NCBI GenBank assembly: GCA_007376385.1
Contig: VMGC01000001.1
Span: forward strand, 1-64,000
DNA: 64,000 bases
DNA from: Parcubacteria group bacterium Gr01-1014_8
GTDB lineage: Bacteria > Patescibacteriota > Minisyncoccia > Phycocordibacterales > UBA2100
Reading direction: 5' to 3'
Of this stretch, positions 25,643 through 35,104 are shown piece by piece. Position numbers and translations under genes: made by a program. Each line of letters opens with the position of its first letter. Position 1 is the first letter of the stretch. The notes beneath the pieces were generated by a model that ran no database searches, was not told where the DNA came from, and saw only the letters and a list, made by a program, of their open reading frames with translations.

Positions 25643-25662
25643 ACGCCCAAGGCGTTCCAGTA
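25643..25662 (-). terminator. candidate intrinsic terminator/attenuator between rpsG and the fusA leader ORF
   Basis: Minus-strand sense: AACGCC-TTG-GGCGTT followed by TTTTCTTTTG. Weak (6-bp stem). Confidence 0.3.
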
Positions 25663-25683
25663 ATGTAGCGGAAATCAGCGGAA

Positions 25684-26160
25684 ATGCAACACTACATGCT
25701 AGTATGTCTGGTATTAGACGTTATTGCATCTACCTCTATGTCTATCTCTGTTGAGGGAGCAGGATTTACTCAAAAACAAGAACCGGGGCAGAAGACCCTC
25801 GCTGATTATCAAAAGAAAGCTGAAGCGCTTCTCGTGGCCCCTGACACTGCCGACGACCAGCCGGTGGCAGACCTCGCTGAGGAAATCATGACATGGGCCC
25901 ACAATGGGGATGGTAACGAAGAAGGAGGAAGACCACCGCTTCGCAAGGGCATGACGGAAGCAGAGTACGTGGCCCTCCTCTCGCCACTGGTTGAGCGTGT
26001 ATGCACGTCCCCTTTAAGACGGCCAAACGCCGTTTCGCTACGCAAACAAATTCACATACCGAGCCTACTTCCCGGGTCATTATTTAACAGGATCCAGTCC
26101 TCGCTCACCACCGCCATTGAAGCTAAAAAAGAAAAAGGACCTCAACAAGAGGCATTGTAG
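25684..26160 (+). CDS. hypothetical acidic protein, possibly spurious
   Basis: 158-aa ORF on the opposite strand inside the 840-nt rpsG-fusA spacer. No motif recognised. Confidence 0.25.
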   Translation: MQHYMLVCLVLDVIASTSMSISVEGAGFTQKQEPGQKTLADYQKKAEALLVAPDTADDQPVADLAEEIMTWAHNGDGNEEGGRPPLRKGMTEAEYVALLSPLVERVCTSPLRRPNAVSLRKQIHIPSLLPGSLFNRIQSSLTTAIEAKKEKGPQQEAL

Positions 26161-26181
26161 TCGCTGTCATGTGGTGGGGAA

Positions 26182-26643
26182 CTACCACGCAAAATGCGCG
26201 AAGGCCTTGTTGGCCTCTGCCATGCGGTGCGTTGTTTCTTTCTTCGTGACTGCTTCTCCTTCACCTCTGTGCGCCGCTTTCAGTTCTGTGAGAAGTGCGT
26301 CTGCCATTGGAATTCCTTTCTTTGATTCTGCTGCTTCAACTATCCAGCGAAGGCCAAGCGCAAGCCGGCGCTCTGGCCGGACCTCGCGAGGAACCTGGTA
26401 GTTTGCACCACCGACACGGCGAGAGCGAACCTCTACTGACGGGGATGCTTTTTCGAGCGCGTCTTCCAGTATCAACACTGGATCGCCTTCTTTTTTCAAC
26501 TCCTCCATCACTTTGTAGACTATCTTGCGCGCGGTGTCCTTCTTGCCGCGTTCCATCACATAGTTGACGAGCTTGGAAACTTTTACAGAGCCGTATATAG
26601 GGTCCGGCTGAGGCAAGTGGCGTCGTTTGATAGGTCGTCGCAT
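26182..26643 (-). CDS. rpsG: 30S ribosomal protein S7
   Basis: MRRPIKRRHLPQPDPIYGSVKVSKLVNYVMERGKK... is a canonical S7 N-terminus. 153 aa. Ends in TAG. Confidence 0.95.
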   Translation of the reverse strand: MRRPIKRRHLPQPDPIYGSVKVSKLVNYVMERGKKDTARKIVYKVMEELKKEGDPVLILEDALEKASPSVEVRSRRVGGANYQVPREVRPERRLALGLRWIVEAAESKKGIPMADALLTELKAAHRGEGEAVTKKETTHRMAEANKAFAHFAW

Positions 26644-26646
26644 ATA

Positions 26647-27063
26647 TTATTTGTCGCCCTTTGGCTTCTTTGCTCCATAGAGAGAGCGTCCGCGTCGGCG
26701 CTTATCAATGCCGGCGGTGTCGAGCTTGCCGCGAACTATTGTGTAACGAAGGCCAATGTCCTTCACGCGGCCGCCTCGAACGAGTACAACCGAGTGTTCC
26801 TGCAAGTTGTGTCCTTCCCCTGGAATATACGCCGTGATTTCCATACCGTTGGTAAGACGAACACGCGCTATCTTTCGGATGGCAGAGTTCGGTTTACGAG
26901 GAGTTTTTGTGGTAACACGTGTGCAGACACCTCGCTTGAACGGCGCCGGATAGAATGTCGGACGATTTTTGAGCGTATTGAAACCGCGCCCCAAGGCTGT
27001 CGTCTTCGTTCGACGGACCTTGTCGTGGCGTCCTCTCTTGATGAGTTGATTTATGGTTGACAT
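26647..27063 (-). CDS. rpsL: 30S ribosomal protein S12
   Basis: [12 protein letters not shown] ... PKKPNSA(I)RK ... [14 protein letters not shown]-type sequence, highly conserved. Start taken at the MSTINQ Met. Confidence 0.95.
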   Translation of the reverse strand: MSTINQLIKRGRHDKVRRTKTTALGRGFNTLKNRPTFYPAPFKRGVCTRVTTKTPRKPNSAIRKIARVRLTNGMEITAYIPGEGHNLQEHSVVLVRGGRVKDIGLRYTIVRGKLDTAGIDKRRRGRSLYGAKKPKGDK

Positions 27064-27074
27064 GACAAACAAAA

Positions 27075-27095
27075 AACCCCGAAGGGTCAGACGAG
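27075..27095 (-). terminator. small intrinsic terminator (ACCC-TTCG-GGGT + T6) downstream of gene 27133..27591
   Basis: Minus-strand sense: gacccttcggggttttttgtttg. Confidence 0.4.
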
Positions 27096-27132
27096 TGTAC
27101 TACGCTCGGATAGTAAATGCAACAAACGTGGC

Positions 27133-27591
27133 TCACGTACCGCTATACATCCGCGCGACAGTTCGTTTTATGAGGAAGTACAAAACAAAATACATGAGCA
27201 CCGTCTGGACTGTCCACGAAACAAGCGACGAAACGAGCAAAGCCCGAAACATTGAAGTAATGGCGTCACTTGGCGCTATCAACATTGCTGCAAGAATGAG
27301 CACGTACAAAAGTACAAAAAGACCAACAGCCCAGCCCGCAACATGAGCAGGATCGTGAGAAGCTTCAAGATACTTCTTTTTATTGATATACCACACACCA
27401 ACCCAGCCTGTAATAATCGTGCTGACAAAACCCGCAATTAGCGGATAAAGTTTGCTCGTGGCAAGAACTGCAGAAAAGGGGGTGAGCAAAATACCCACGA
27501 CAATCGAAAGAAGGATCGAGGCAATAATTACCGCACTTATCAGATGCGCTGCAACAGAAAAGTAACTTCTCTGCATCTCAACATTGTACAC
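27133..27591 (-). CDS. hypothetical membrane protein (4 TM helices)
   Basis: 152-aa hydrophobic ORF. No motif. Confidence 0.5.
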   Translation of the reverse strand: MYNVEMQRSYFSVAAHLISAVIIASILLSIVVGILLTPFSAVLATSKLYPLIAGFVSTIITGWVGVWYINKKKYLEASHDPAHVAGWAVGLFVLLYVLILAAMLIAPSDAITSMFRALLVSSLVSWTVQTVLMYFVLYFLIKRTVARMYSGT

Positions 27592-27633
27592 CGCGTCATT
27601 CTTTTGAATACATTCCTGTGTGAATAGTTCAAT

Positions 27634-28263
27634 CTACATTCCCGCAAGTAATCTAGCCACGGAATAGACTAAATTTCCGAATGCTCCCCCAAGCAAGAGG
27701 ATGACGATCAATACAAGACCCATGCCCATGAATGGGTTGTATTCGAGTCGTGCGCGGAGTTCGTCATATGTACGAGCAAGACCATATGGGAGTAACGCAG
27801 AGAGAACTTTCGAACCATCGAGTGGCGGAATCGGTATCAGATTGAAGATGCCGAGCATGATATTGATGACGACGATGAGAAATAACACGCTATCGAGCTC
27901 GGACGAGAAGAAATTCGCGCGAACAAACACAGCGGCAATAAGCGCAATTGCAAAGTTTGATGCCGGGCCCGCTCCAGCAACAATCGCTTCCCCCCATTTA
28001 GGCGACTTCGTTAGATTGTATGGGTTATATGGTACCGGCTTCGCCCAGCCAAAGAGGATCGGTGAGTGCGTGAGGGCAAGAATCACGGGAAGCATGACCG
28101 AGCCAAATGGGTCGAGATGCTTTATTGGATTAAGGGTTAGACGCCCTGCGTACCTAGCAGTTGGGTCCCCCAGTTTGTCCGCCGCAACCCCGTGCATCAC
28201 TTCGTGGATGACGGCCGAGAACATGATGATAACGATGATAAAAATGCTATCAAACAATTCCAT
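27634..28263 (-). CDS. M50-family (site-2-protease-like) zinc metalloprotease
   Basis: HEVMHG (HExxH) in the first TM helix, then LTLNPIKHLDPFGS and a multi-TM body, as in peptidase M50B. Start taken at MELFD. Confidence 0.75.
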   Translation of the reverse strand: MELFDSIFIIVIIMFSAVIHEVMHGVAADKLGDPTARYAGRLTLNPIKHLDPFGSVMLPVILALTHSPILFGWAKPVPYNPYNLTKSPKWGEAIVAGAGPASNFAIALIAAVFVRANFFSSELDSVLFLIVVINIMLGIFNLIPIPPLDGSKVLSALLPYGLARTYDELRARLEYNPFMGMGLVLIVILLLGGAFGNLVYSVARLLAGM

Positions 28264-28308
28264 AGCGAGAGTGTAACATTTTTTGCTCAAGGTTATACTA
28301 TTAGGGCA

Positions 28309-28923
28309 ATGAAAAACGAGTCCGGAATGGACAGAAGAAGGTTTACGATTGGAGCTGCGCTCGCGATGCTCGGAATTACTGGACGACCCGAAGCGGTGGA
28401 AGCGAGCGAAATTACAAAAGAAGCACTTGAATACCTAAGGTTGCGAGGTTTTACTGTAGCAGGAAAGGGCGCAACAATTTCAATTTTTGACAACGATGGA
28501 CGCGTTGTGAGTGATGGTCCTACTCCAAGAAATATATTTTCCGGAAATGTCGAGCGTTTTCACAAAATTAAACTCTTAAATATGCCGAAGACTTGCGACC
28601 CGTTCCTTGTCGGCACTTTAGGAGCAATGAGCTATATACTCGTTCCACCGAAAAAAGAAGGCCAGAAATTCGCAAAAACCGGAGGACATCACACAATAGT
28701 ATTTTTTGAAGAAGCGGGCTTGTTAGGACTTACGGGAAATGGTCGTTTAGCATTCAAATTGGATGAGAAAACCGGCACGGAAGAACAAATTACTGATCCA
28801 AGAGTTCTTGATTTTCTTCAACGAGAATACTCTGGACGTGGGACACCTGCATCTAAGATGACAGAACGGCAGAATGAGATGGAAAATCTCACTAATTGTA
28901 GTCTCGCCCCATCAATATCCTAA
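28309..28923 (+). CDS. hypothetical secreted protein with twin-arginine-like signal peptide (DRRRFTIGAALAMLGITG)
   Basis: ORF 28192..28923; likely start is the Met at 28309. Confidence 0.5.
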   Translation: MKNESGMDRRRFTIGAALAMLGITGRPEAVEASEITKEALEYLRLRGFTVAGKGATISIFDNDGRVVSDGPTPRNIFSGNVERFHKIKLLNMPKTCDPFLVGTLGAMSYILVPPKKEGQKFAKTGGHHTIVFFEEAGLLGLTGNGRLAFKLDEKTGTEEQITDPRVLDFLQREYSGRGTPASKMTERQNEMENLTNCSLAPSIS

Positions 28924-28975
28924 TATCGATTAGTTTTGCATTTTCGGCACAAATATCGTAAGATGCGCCCCACAT

Positions 28976-29221
28976 ATGGCACGAGTTTGCGACATAACAG
29001 GCAAGAAATCTCAAGTCGGTGGCGGCTACTCAAACCGCACACGTGCGACCAAGTTCAACCCGACGGGCTCTCGCCGACGCTTGGTGAACCTCCAAAAGAA
29101 GACTCTTTTCATTCCAGAACTTGGTAAGAAAATCACCGTAACGGTTTCAGCGAAAGCACTCAAGACAATGCAGAAGCGAGGTGCCTACAAAATTCTCAAA
29201 GAGGCAGGGCTAGTAAAGTAG
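28976..29221 (+). CDS. rpmB: 50S ribosomal protein L28
   Basis: MARVCDITGKK ... GGYSNRTRATKFNPTGSRRRLVNLQKK is a canonical L28. Confidence 0.9.
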   Translation: MARVCDITGKKSQVGGGYSNRTRATKFNPTGSRRRLVNLQKKTLFIPELGKKITVTVSAKALKTMQKRGAYKILKEAGLVK

Positions 29222-29290
29222 GTTGGGATACGTTGCTTCGTCGCAACGGTGATACCGAAGTCCCGTACTAATTTTGGCATTTTTTTGTTT
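29222..29290 (+). terminator. candidate terminator after rpmB (GC-rich imperfect hairpin followed by TTTTGGCATTTTTTTGTTTTT)
   Basis: Read directly: gggatacgttgcttcgtcgcaacggtgataccgaagtccc ... ttttggcatttttttgtttttcc. Confidence 0.4.
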
Positions 29291-29301
29291 TTCCCCGAAT
29301 G

Positions 29302-29327
29302 TGCCGATATATCGGTATATCGGCAGA
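29302..29327. promoter_or_regulatory. AT-rich palindrome GCCGATATATCGG-TATATCGGC (contains perfect CCGATATATCGG)
   Basis: Read directly between rpmB and ORF 29474. Confidence 0.4.
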
Positions 29328-29473
29328 ACATAACTATAGATTTCTCTCAGAAACTGTTTTGCAAAACCATGCCAAAGTTTAGTGCCGGGGCGAGGTGCAT
29401 TTCTGGATCTCAAGAAAGCAGGTTTGATATAAACACTCCCGCTCTAACTGTATCTCGTAGATGATACAGTTAT

Positions 29474-29704
29474 GTGATGCCAAAATTGACTGCGAAATTA
29501 CTATTTGCGCTTTCTGCCGCAAGCTTTGTGATTCCGAGCGTGTTGATTCAAATGTATGAATCTATCGAGCCAATGCCGTACAATCCGGGCACCTTTGTCG
29601 CTAATGACACGATGCAAATACTTCTAAGCACCGGTGACCTGCTCAGTGACCTCGGCATACTGCTATTCGTAGTGGGAATTATTTTGTGGTATCGCGAATC
29701 GTGA
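29474..29704 (+). CDS. small hypothetical membrane protein (2 TM)
   Basis: 76 aa with two hydrophobic helices. Confidence 0.35.
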   Translation: MMPKLTAKLLFALSAASFVIPSVLIQMYESIEPMPYNPGTFVANDTMQILLSTGDLLSDLGILLFVVGIILWYRES

Positions 29705-29708
29705 CAAA

Positions 29709-30578
29709 CTACTTTTTCAAAGTAACCGTGTTCCCATCAGACATGAACGTAACCCTTCTGTTGGTGCACGTATCAAATGTTTGGATCTCGAATCGTTTGA
29801 ATAATTCCACAACCTCTTCGTGCGGATGTCCGTATGTGTTGTCACAGCCGCGCGAAAATACAACATATTCTGGGTCCACAAAACCAACAAAGAGAGGCGA
29901 CGACGATGTCCGCGAACCGTGATGCCCTGCTTTCAGGACGGTAGATCGCAATTTCGAACCGTCAAGACGCACTAAATATTCCTCGATGCTTTCCGGCGAA
30001 TCGCCAGTCAGCATAAAAGCCGTATCGCCATATACGAGCCTCGTTACAATAGAGCCGGTGTTCGTCTCAACCAATGGAACATCACGGTCTGGAAACAAAA
30101 TCTGAATATACGCGTCGCCGCCGATATCGATAATTTGCCCGCGCGCGGCAACTACTTCATTCGCGCCAGCATTTTTTTCTGTTTCGATAGCTTTATTGAA
30201 TGCCGCAAAATCCGTTCCCTCTTCGTCGTGTACACTCGAACGCATGACGGTTGATACTCGATACCGCGTCAGCACATCTGGCAAGCCGCCGATGTGATCC
30301 AAGTCCGGATGTGTGCCGATAACAACATCAAGCGTGCGGTCGAACCATGGCGTCATTTTGGAAAGTTCCCGGAGTACTGCCCGATTTTTCCCTCCATCAA
30401 TAAGCACCTGCTGACCCGTCGGAGATTCGATATAAATAGCATCTCCCTGGCCAATGTTGAGAAACGAAACCGTCAACACCCCAGTATGTGAGGCTTGAGA
30501 AGCTGCGTACCAAATGACAACATTGAGACAAAGTAAGAACAGAACAACAGCGAGCAACATCTTCGCGCTCTTTTGCAT
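29709..30578 (-). CDS. MBL-fold metallo-hydrolase, ComEC C-terminal-domain-like (stand-alone)
   Basis: Signal/TM then LNIGQGDAIYIE ... VLIDGG ... GTHPDLDHIGG ... AGHHGSR, the ComEC beta-lactamase-domain motif set. Confidence 0.8.
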   Translation of the reverse strand: MQKSAKMLLAVVLFLLCLNVVIWYAASQASHTGVLTVSFLNIGQGDAIYIESPTGQQVLIDGGKNRAVLRELSKMTPWFDRTLDVVIGTHPDLDHIGGLPDVLTRYRVSTVMRSSVHDEEGTDFAAFNKAIETEKNAGANEVVAARGQIIDIGGDAYIQILFPDRDVPLVETNTGSIVTRLVYGDTAFMLTGDSPESIEEYLVRLDGSKLRSTVLKAGHHGSRTSSSPLFVGFVDPEYVVFSRGCDNTYGHPHEEVVELFKRFEIQTFDTCTNRRVTFMSDGNTVTLKK

Positions 30579-30673
30579 TCAGAAAGTATACTGCCACGAG
30601 CCGGATCCGGACGTTCCTTCGTATTTCATACTGAATACCGTATACTGGATACGATAATATATAATCTTTTTAT

Positions 30674-31261
30674 ATGGAATACACGGCAAAAACATTCAAC
30701 CTTCCTGAACTTGAGGGAATCTCGAAAAGATCGGTCGAGGAACACCTCGGACTGTACGCGGGGTATGTAAAGAATTTCAATGCAATATCCAGCAAACTCG
30801 TCGAATACGCAAAGGAAGGCTCGGAAAAAAATGCACACGCGCTTTCCGAGTTGATACGCCGCCGCTCATTCGAATTTGGCGGTATGCGTCTGCATGAGTT
30901 GTACTTTTCGCAATTTGAAGGCAGTGCGACTCCGCTAAACGCTGACAACACGCTCGCTAAACAGCTGGAAAAGGAGTATCACGGATATATTCAGGAGTAT
31001 TTCAAAGCGGTAGGCAATATGCGTGGACCTGGATGGGCCCTTCTTTATTGGGACCCTGTCAGCAAACAATTCCTCGCGGGATTTTCTGGCGAGCAACACC
31101 ATGGACATTTTGTGACGCTGCCTATTATCTTGGCGCTTGATGTCTGGGAACATGCATTTATTCTCGACTACGGCGCGCAAGGCAAAGGCAAATATATAGA
31201 TGCATTCTTCAAGAATTTGAATTGGGGTGTTATTGAGAAGCGATTTGAACAGGTAGTGTAA
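30674..31261 (+). CDS. Fe/Mn superoxide dismutase
   Basis: 195 aa; C-terminal LALDVWEHAFILDY matches the D-x-WEHAYY metal-ligand motif of Fe/Mn SODs. HH-containing N-terminal helices. Confidence 0.85.
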   Translation: MEYTAKTFNLPELEGISKRSVEEHLGLYAGYVKNFNAISSKLVEYAKEGSEKNAHALSELIRRRSFEFGGMRLHELYFSQFEGSATPLNADNTLAKQLEKEYHGYIQEYFKAVGNMRGPGWALLYWDPVSKQFLAGFSGEQHHGHFVTLPIILALDVWEHAFILDYGAQGKGKYIDAFFKNLNWGVIEKRFEQVV

Positions 31262-31540
31262 TTTTAAATCGGGGAAGGAGCAGCGTGGCCGCTAGGTCGC
31301 GCTGCTCGGTTTCCTACATCCAAGCCCGAGCTCTATCGCCGCAAGGGCAGAAGAGCAAGCCGCAATCTCTCAACAATGACACCTTCCATGCTGCGTCCGC
31401 TTTCTCGAGCGATCTGCTCGAGCAAGCGATGCAAAACAGTTGGCATTGTCAAATTATTGATAGGTACGGTGACGTTCGGTTCTTTAGACATGAACACCTC
31501 TTCCTTCCCGAAGATTCCTTAGTATCACGTAATCTTCGGA

Positions 31541-33058
31541 TCACCAATTGTTACCATTCGTTTTTTTCCACCAGAGAACGGCGCCGAGCACGATGTAAAG
31601 CAGTGCAAGTAACCAAACATTAAACGAACCGACTGTAATTGTCGCAAACGGTATTTTAGCCGCCCATTCGGCAATGAAAAGAATGTAGGATAGTAAAAGA
31701 TACGCCGGAAAGCCGATGACTGGCGCAAGCGGGCCGGCGACGATACCGAAAACACCGGCGATAAATGACGCGAGCATCGCCCACGGAACTACAATGAGCG
31801 CGAGTAAGTTCGCGGGTAGCGAAACGAGCGAAAATGTCCCGTTTTGATACAAAAGAAGCGGAAGCACGGCAATCTGTGTACCGATAGTTGATGCTGCGAC
31901 CTCGCGAAATCCGAATTTCTCGGTCAGAAACCCTAGCCAGGTTGCCACGATCGGCGAGAAAAAGATGAGTCCTAACGTCGCGATGACGGAGAGCTGAAAT
32001 CCTGGGTCATAAACGAGAATATATGGATTCCACAGGACCATGCCGAACGCCACAACAGCAAGCGCACGCGATGCTAGATACACGCGGCCAGTCGCCTTTC
32101 CAACAGTCGCAATAACCGCCATCGACGCCGCACGCACCGAGGATGACGCAAGACCGGTGATGAGCGCGAAAAATACAGCGACTCCGACACCAAGCGAAAA
32201 GCGAACGTAGCGGTGCGTACGGCGAAACAACCACTCAACAAAACCGATGACAACCATGATGTTGTACCCGGAGAGAACCACGATGTGAATCAAGCCGACT
32301 GTGCGAAATATATCTGTCATCTCACCGCCAAGCGCGCGTTTATCACCTGCAGTAATGCCGCCGGCCAAACCCGCATGCGGTTCTGGAAGCGCCATTCCTA
32401 AACCATATAGATATTGTTGTTTTATCCATATTGCACCTGTCTTGAACGGATTTTTTTGTGCTTCTCCGATTTTCTCAACCTGCGCAAACGCAAGCTCATA
32501 GAGCATGCCGTCTTTTGCAAGATACATCGGATAATTAAATTCTCTCCCCTCGCCCAATTCGCCTGCCTGCGCCGTGCCCCGCGCGGCAGGCAGGAAACTT
32601 CTCGGCAGCCGCAACGTGCCTTCCGCTCTTACGTGGTCACCATATTGAATGTCGGTGAGAAGCGGCGCGACCACAAGCACGCCTGCGGAGATAGTACTGG
32701 TTGCATCCTTGAATATGATGCGCTCTGCATGCATTGAAAGTCTGATGTTACTTTCTCTGTTATCAGGCTCTTCAAATATGTAGCCTTCAAGTACGACCTT
32801 TTCCTGTACCTCTGTATCAACTATGGGTTCAGTCACGAGTACTGCCTCGTGCATTCGTATCAGACCCCCAACTGCCGCAAGAAATGCAACCGATAGTACC
32901 GCGACTTTTTGAGCGCGAGTCACCCATGAATATGCTGCAAGGGAAAGAGCGAGTACAAGGACGAAGGAAATTTCATACCAATCTACGGATACGAGAGAAT
33001 GAACGAAAACTCCGAGAAGAAATCCGCAGACGATAGCCCACAGATGCCAATGGCTCAT
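31541..33058 (-). CDS. comEC: ComEC/Rec2 competence membrane channel domain protein (no MBL domain)
   Basis: 505 aa polytopic; DUF4131-like N-terminus and Competence-domain core (GLIHIVVLSGYNIMVV). Confidence 0.8.
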   Translation of the reverse strand: MSHWHLWAIVCGFLLGVFVHSLVSVDWYEISFVLVLALSLAAYSWVTRAQKVAVLSVAFLAAVGGLIRMHEAVLVTEPIVDTEVQEKVVLEGYIFEEPDNRESNIRLSMHAERIIFKDATSTISAGVLVVAPLLTDIQYGDHVRAEGTLRLPRSFLPAARGTAQAGELGEGREFNYPMYLAKDGMLYELAFAQVEKIGEAQKNPFKTGAIWIKQQYLYGLGMALPEPHAGLAGGITAGDKRALGGEMTDIFRTVGLIHIVVLSGYNIMVVIGFVEWLFRRTHRYVRFSLGVGVAVFFALITGLASSSVRAASMAVIATVGKATGRVYLASRALAVVAFGMVLWNPYILVYDPGFQLSVIATLGLIFFSPIVATWLGFLTEKFGFREVAASTIGTQIAVLPLLLYQNGTFSLVSLPANLLALIVVPWAMLASFIAGVFGIVAGPLAPVIGFPAYLLLSYILFIAEWAAKIPFATITVGSFNVWLLALLYIVLGAVLWWKKTNGNNW

Positions 33059-33375
33059 TCCTCTTTTGGTTTATCCAACTTATCTAGGCGGAGCAGCCTG
33101 AAGACGAAGTAAATGAGCGCAAGAAGGACGAGGAAATCTATCGAGACGGAGACAAAATCTCCTATAGCAAAGGGGCCAACGGTGAATTTCGAAAAACTTT
33201 CCGCACGTCCTAGAAAAATGTTGATGAACGGGTTCACGATGTCGTTCACAAAAGCGGTTACGACTTTTTGTACGGACGTACCGAGAACAAAACCTATTGC
33301 GAGTCCCATCACACCTCGCTCGCGAACAAAATTTACAAAATTAGAGAAGCCGCCTCTGAGCTGTTCTTTCATAAC
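33055..33375 (-). CDS. mscL: large-conductance mechanosensitive channel
   Basis: MKEQLRGGFSNFVNFVRERGVMGLAIGFVLGTSVQKVVTAFVNDIVNPFI is a canonical MscL N-terminal amphipathic helix + TM1. Confidence 0.85.
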   Translation of the reverse strand, partial: VMKEQLRGGFSNFVNFVRERGVMGLAIGFVLGTSVQKVVTAFVNDIVNPFINIFLGRAESFSKFTVGPFAIGDFVSVSIDFLVLLALIYFVFRLLRLDKLDKPKEE

Positions 33376-33376
33376 G

Positions 33377-33820
33377 CTACATCCACACCTCAATAATTAT
33401 TCCCATCACAATAAGCGAGACGAGATAGTATCCGCTCTGAATGAACCAGAGTTTCCACGGCTTTCCATCCCAGAGGACAACGCCGACCGTAACCGGTGCA
33501 ACGAAACCAAGCCACATCCAAAATCCGCTGGTGAGACCCGCCATCAGGCCGCTTGTCTGCATGTAGGAGGTCGCGAACACAAGAACGTGCGAAAGTACAT
33601 ATGCCATTACAAGCGCCCCGATTGCCTGAATGAGATACGTTTTCCACCCTTCCTTTTTCATTTTTTCTCTGCCTGCGGAGATTTCTGCCTCTGTCCATCC
33701 CATTGAAGCGATCCATTGCTTACCCAAGATAGGGCCGAACCACAAAAAACCTAACACCATCGATGAAACTGCCGCGACAATAACTGAAAGATAATTTACG
33801 GATACTTCCATACATCTCAT
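33377..33820 (-). CDS. DUF1761-like membrane protein
   Basis: 147 aa, 4 TM; resembles DUF1761. Confidence 0.5.
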   Translation of the reverse strand: MRCMEVSVNYLSVIVAAVSSMVLGFLWFGPILGKQWIASMGWTEAEISAGREKMKKEGWKTYLIQAIGALVMAYVLSHVLVFATSYMQTSGLMAGLTSGFWMWLGFVAPVTVGVVLWDGKPWKLWFIQSGYYLVSLIVMGIIIEVWM

Positions 33821-33868
33821 TATGCGATTGGCTAATGCAAAAAGTGTAGCACCGGCCCTATATCGGTG

Positions 33869-34276
33869 CTACGCCTGGCTGTCGATTGCTTCATTCACCA
33901 GCTTGTCTGCTTTTTTGTTCTTTTCTCGAGGCACATACGCGAATGTAACTACGCCAAAATCCTTTAAAAGATCCCGAACTTTCGCAACTTGCGGCTTCAA
34001 CGTCGGCTCTTTTATTTTCCAATTACCCATTAGCTGTTCTACAACAAGTTTCGAGTCAAGGTAGAACCGTATGTCGCTTCCGGTAAGTCCGAGTTCGAGC
34101 ATTTTTCCAAGCGCAACAACAACTGCCTCATATTCCGCCCAATTATTCGTTTGATGTGCGCCCAAAAATTGCGCTACTTCAGCGATAACCCTTCCATCCT
34201 TGCGGATAATGACGCCTGCACCAGCAGGTCCTGGATTTCCACGCGCACCTCCGTCGGTATAGATAACCACCGACAT
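33869..34276 (-). CDS. rnhA: ribonuclease HI
   Basis: VVIYTDGGARGNPGPAGAGVII ... NNWAEYEAVVVAL ... D-S-L: the DEDD RNase H catalytic layout. Confidence 0.85.
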   Translation of the reverse strand: MSVVIYTDGGARGNPGPAGAGVIIRKDGRVIAEVAQFLGAHQTNNWAEYEAVVVALGKMLELGLTGSDIRFYLDSKLVVEQLMGNWKIKEPTLKPQVAKVRDLLKDFGVVTFAYVPREKNKKADKLVNEAIDSQA

Positions 34277-34285
34277 ACACTTTTT

Positions 34286-34936
34286 TTACGCGGCAACGTT
34301 TGAGGTAACAGGTACAACTTCACTTGATCTGTGTTCCAGGGTCCGATAGACGTGAGCCATTGCAAGAATGGTGATAGGAATTGTCACCAAAAGACCAACG
34401 AATAGAGCCAGCGCGCCCACAATATTGAGGCCCGCAATCGCAAGAATGAACAAGAGCAACTGCAATCGATGTCCCTTTGTGATGCGTGCGCTTTCTTTCA
34501 TCGCCTCGATGGGACCGAGGCCTTTATCTATGACCAGATAATTCGAGAACATGAGTATCAGCAGCGCGATGATACCAGGAACAATCAGAAGAATGAGACC
34601 AACAATGACAATAGTGCCGTTTAGGATTTTTACGCCAAGGTAGGACCAAAACGGTAATTTATTCCATCCATCAGAGAATTTTACGGTTTCAGCTGCATCG
34701 TGAGATCTTAGAGCAATGTTGACGAGCATCATGTCGACGAAAATCCCGATAACTCCCGCCGCGATCGACACCAAGAATTGCATACCGCCGATATTGCTCT
34801 TCTCTGGATCTGTAACGGTAGAAAGAATGCCATACACAATGAAGAGGCAGACAATAACACCTATGAAAAACCACGGTCGTTTTGTAAATGTATTCCACCC
34901 GAACTTGATAGAATCGCCTATTGAAAATGTATTCAT
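34286..34936 (-). CDS. hypothetical polytopic membrane protein
   Basis: 216 aa, about 5 TM. Confidence 0.5.
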   Translation of the reverse strand: MNTFSIGDSIKFGWNTFTKRPWFFIGVIVCLFIVYGILSTVTDPEKSNIGGMQFLVSIAAGVIGIFVDMMLVNIALRSHDAAETVKFSDGWNKLPFWSYLGVKILNGTIVIVGLILLIVPGIIALLILMFSNYLVIDKGLGPIEAMKESARITKGHRLQLLLFILAIAGLNIVGALALFVGLLVTIPITILAMAHVYRTLEHRSSEVVPVTSNVAA

Positions 34937-35104
34937 ACCCCGTTAGAAAATGTGCCTTTGCGGCAGAAGCCTACCGGCTGCCGCGGCGTAATCGATTAAA
35001 AGCTCGACTGTGTTGATTTGTTTAGTTTGGTGATTTGTTTTCATGCGTTGTACAAGCCTAAGGCACATTTCGTTACGGGGCATAGACGGCACTATATCAT
35101 GGAC

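Noticed and set aside
31262-31540. ORF 31285..31623 (+) and GC-rich hairpin GAGCAGCG...CGCTGCTC in the sod/comEC convergent spacer.
   Set aside because: The ORF has no support (R/S-rich, overlaps the comEC 3' end). The hairpin is plausibly a bidirectional terminator but lacks a clear U-tract, so it is left unannotated.
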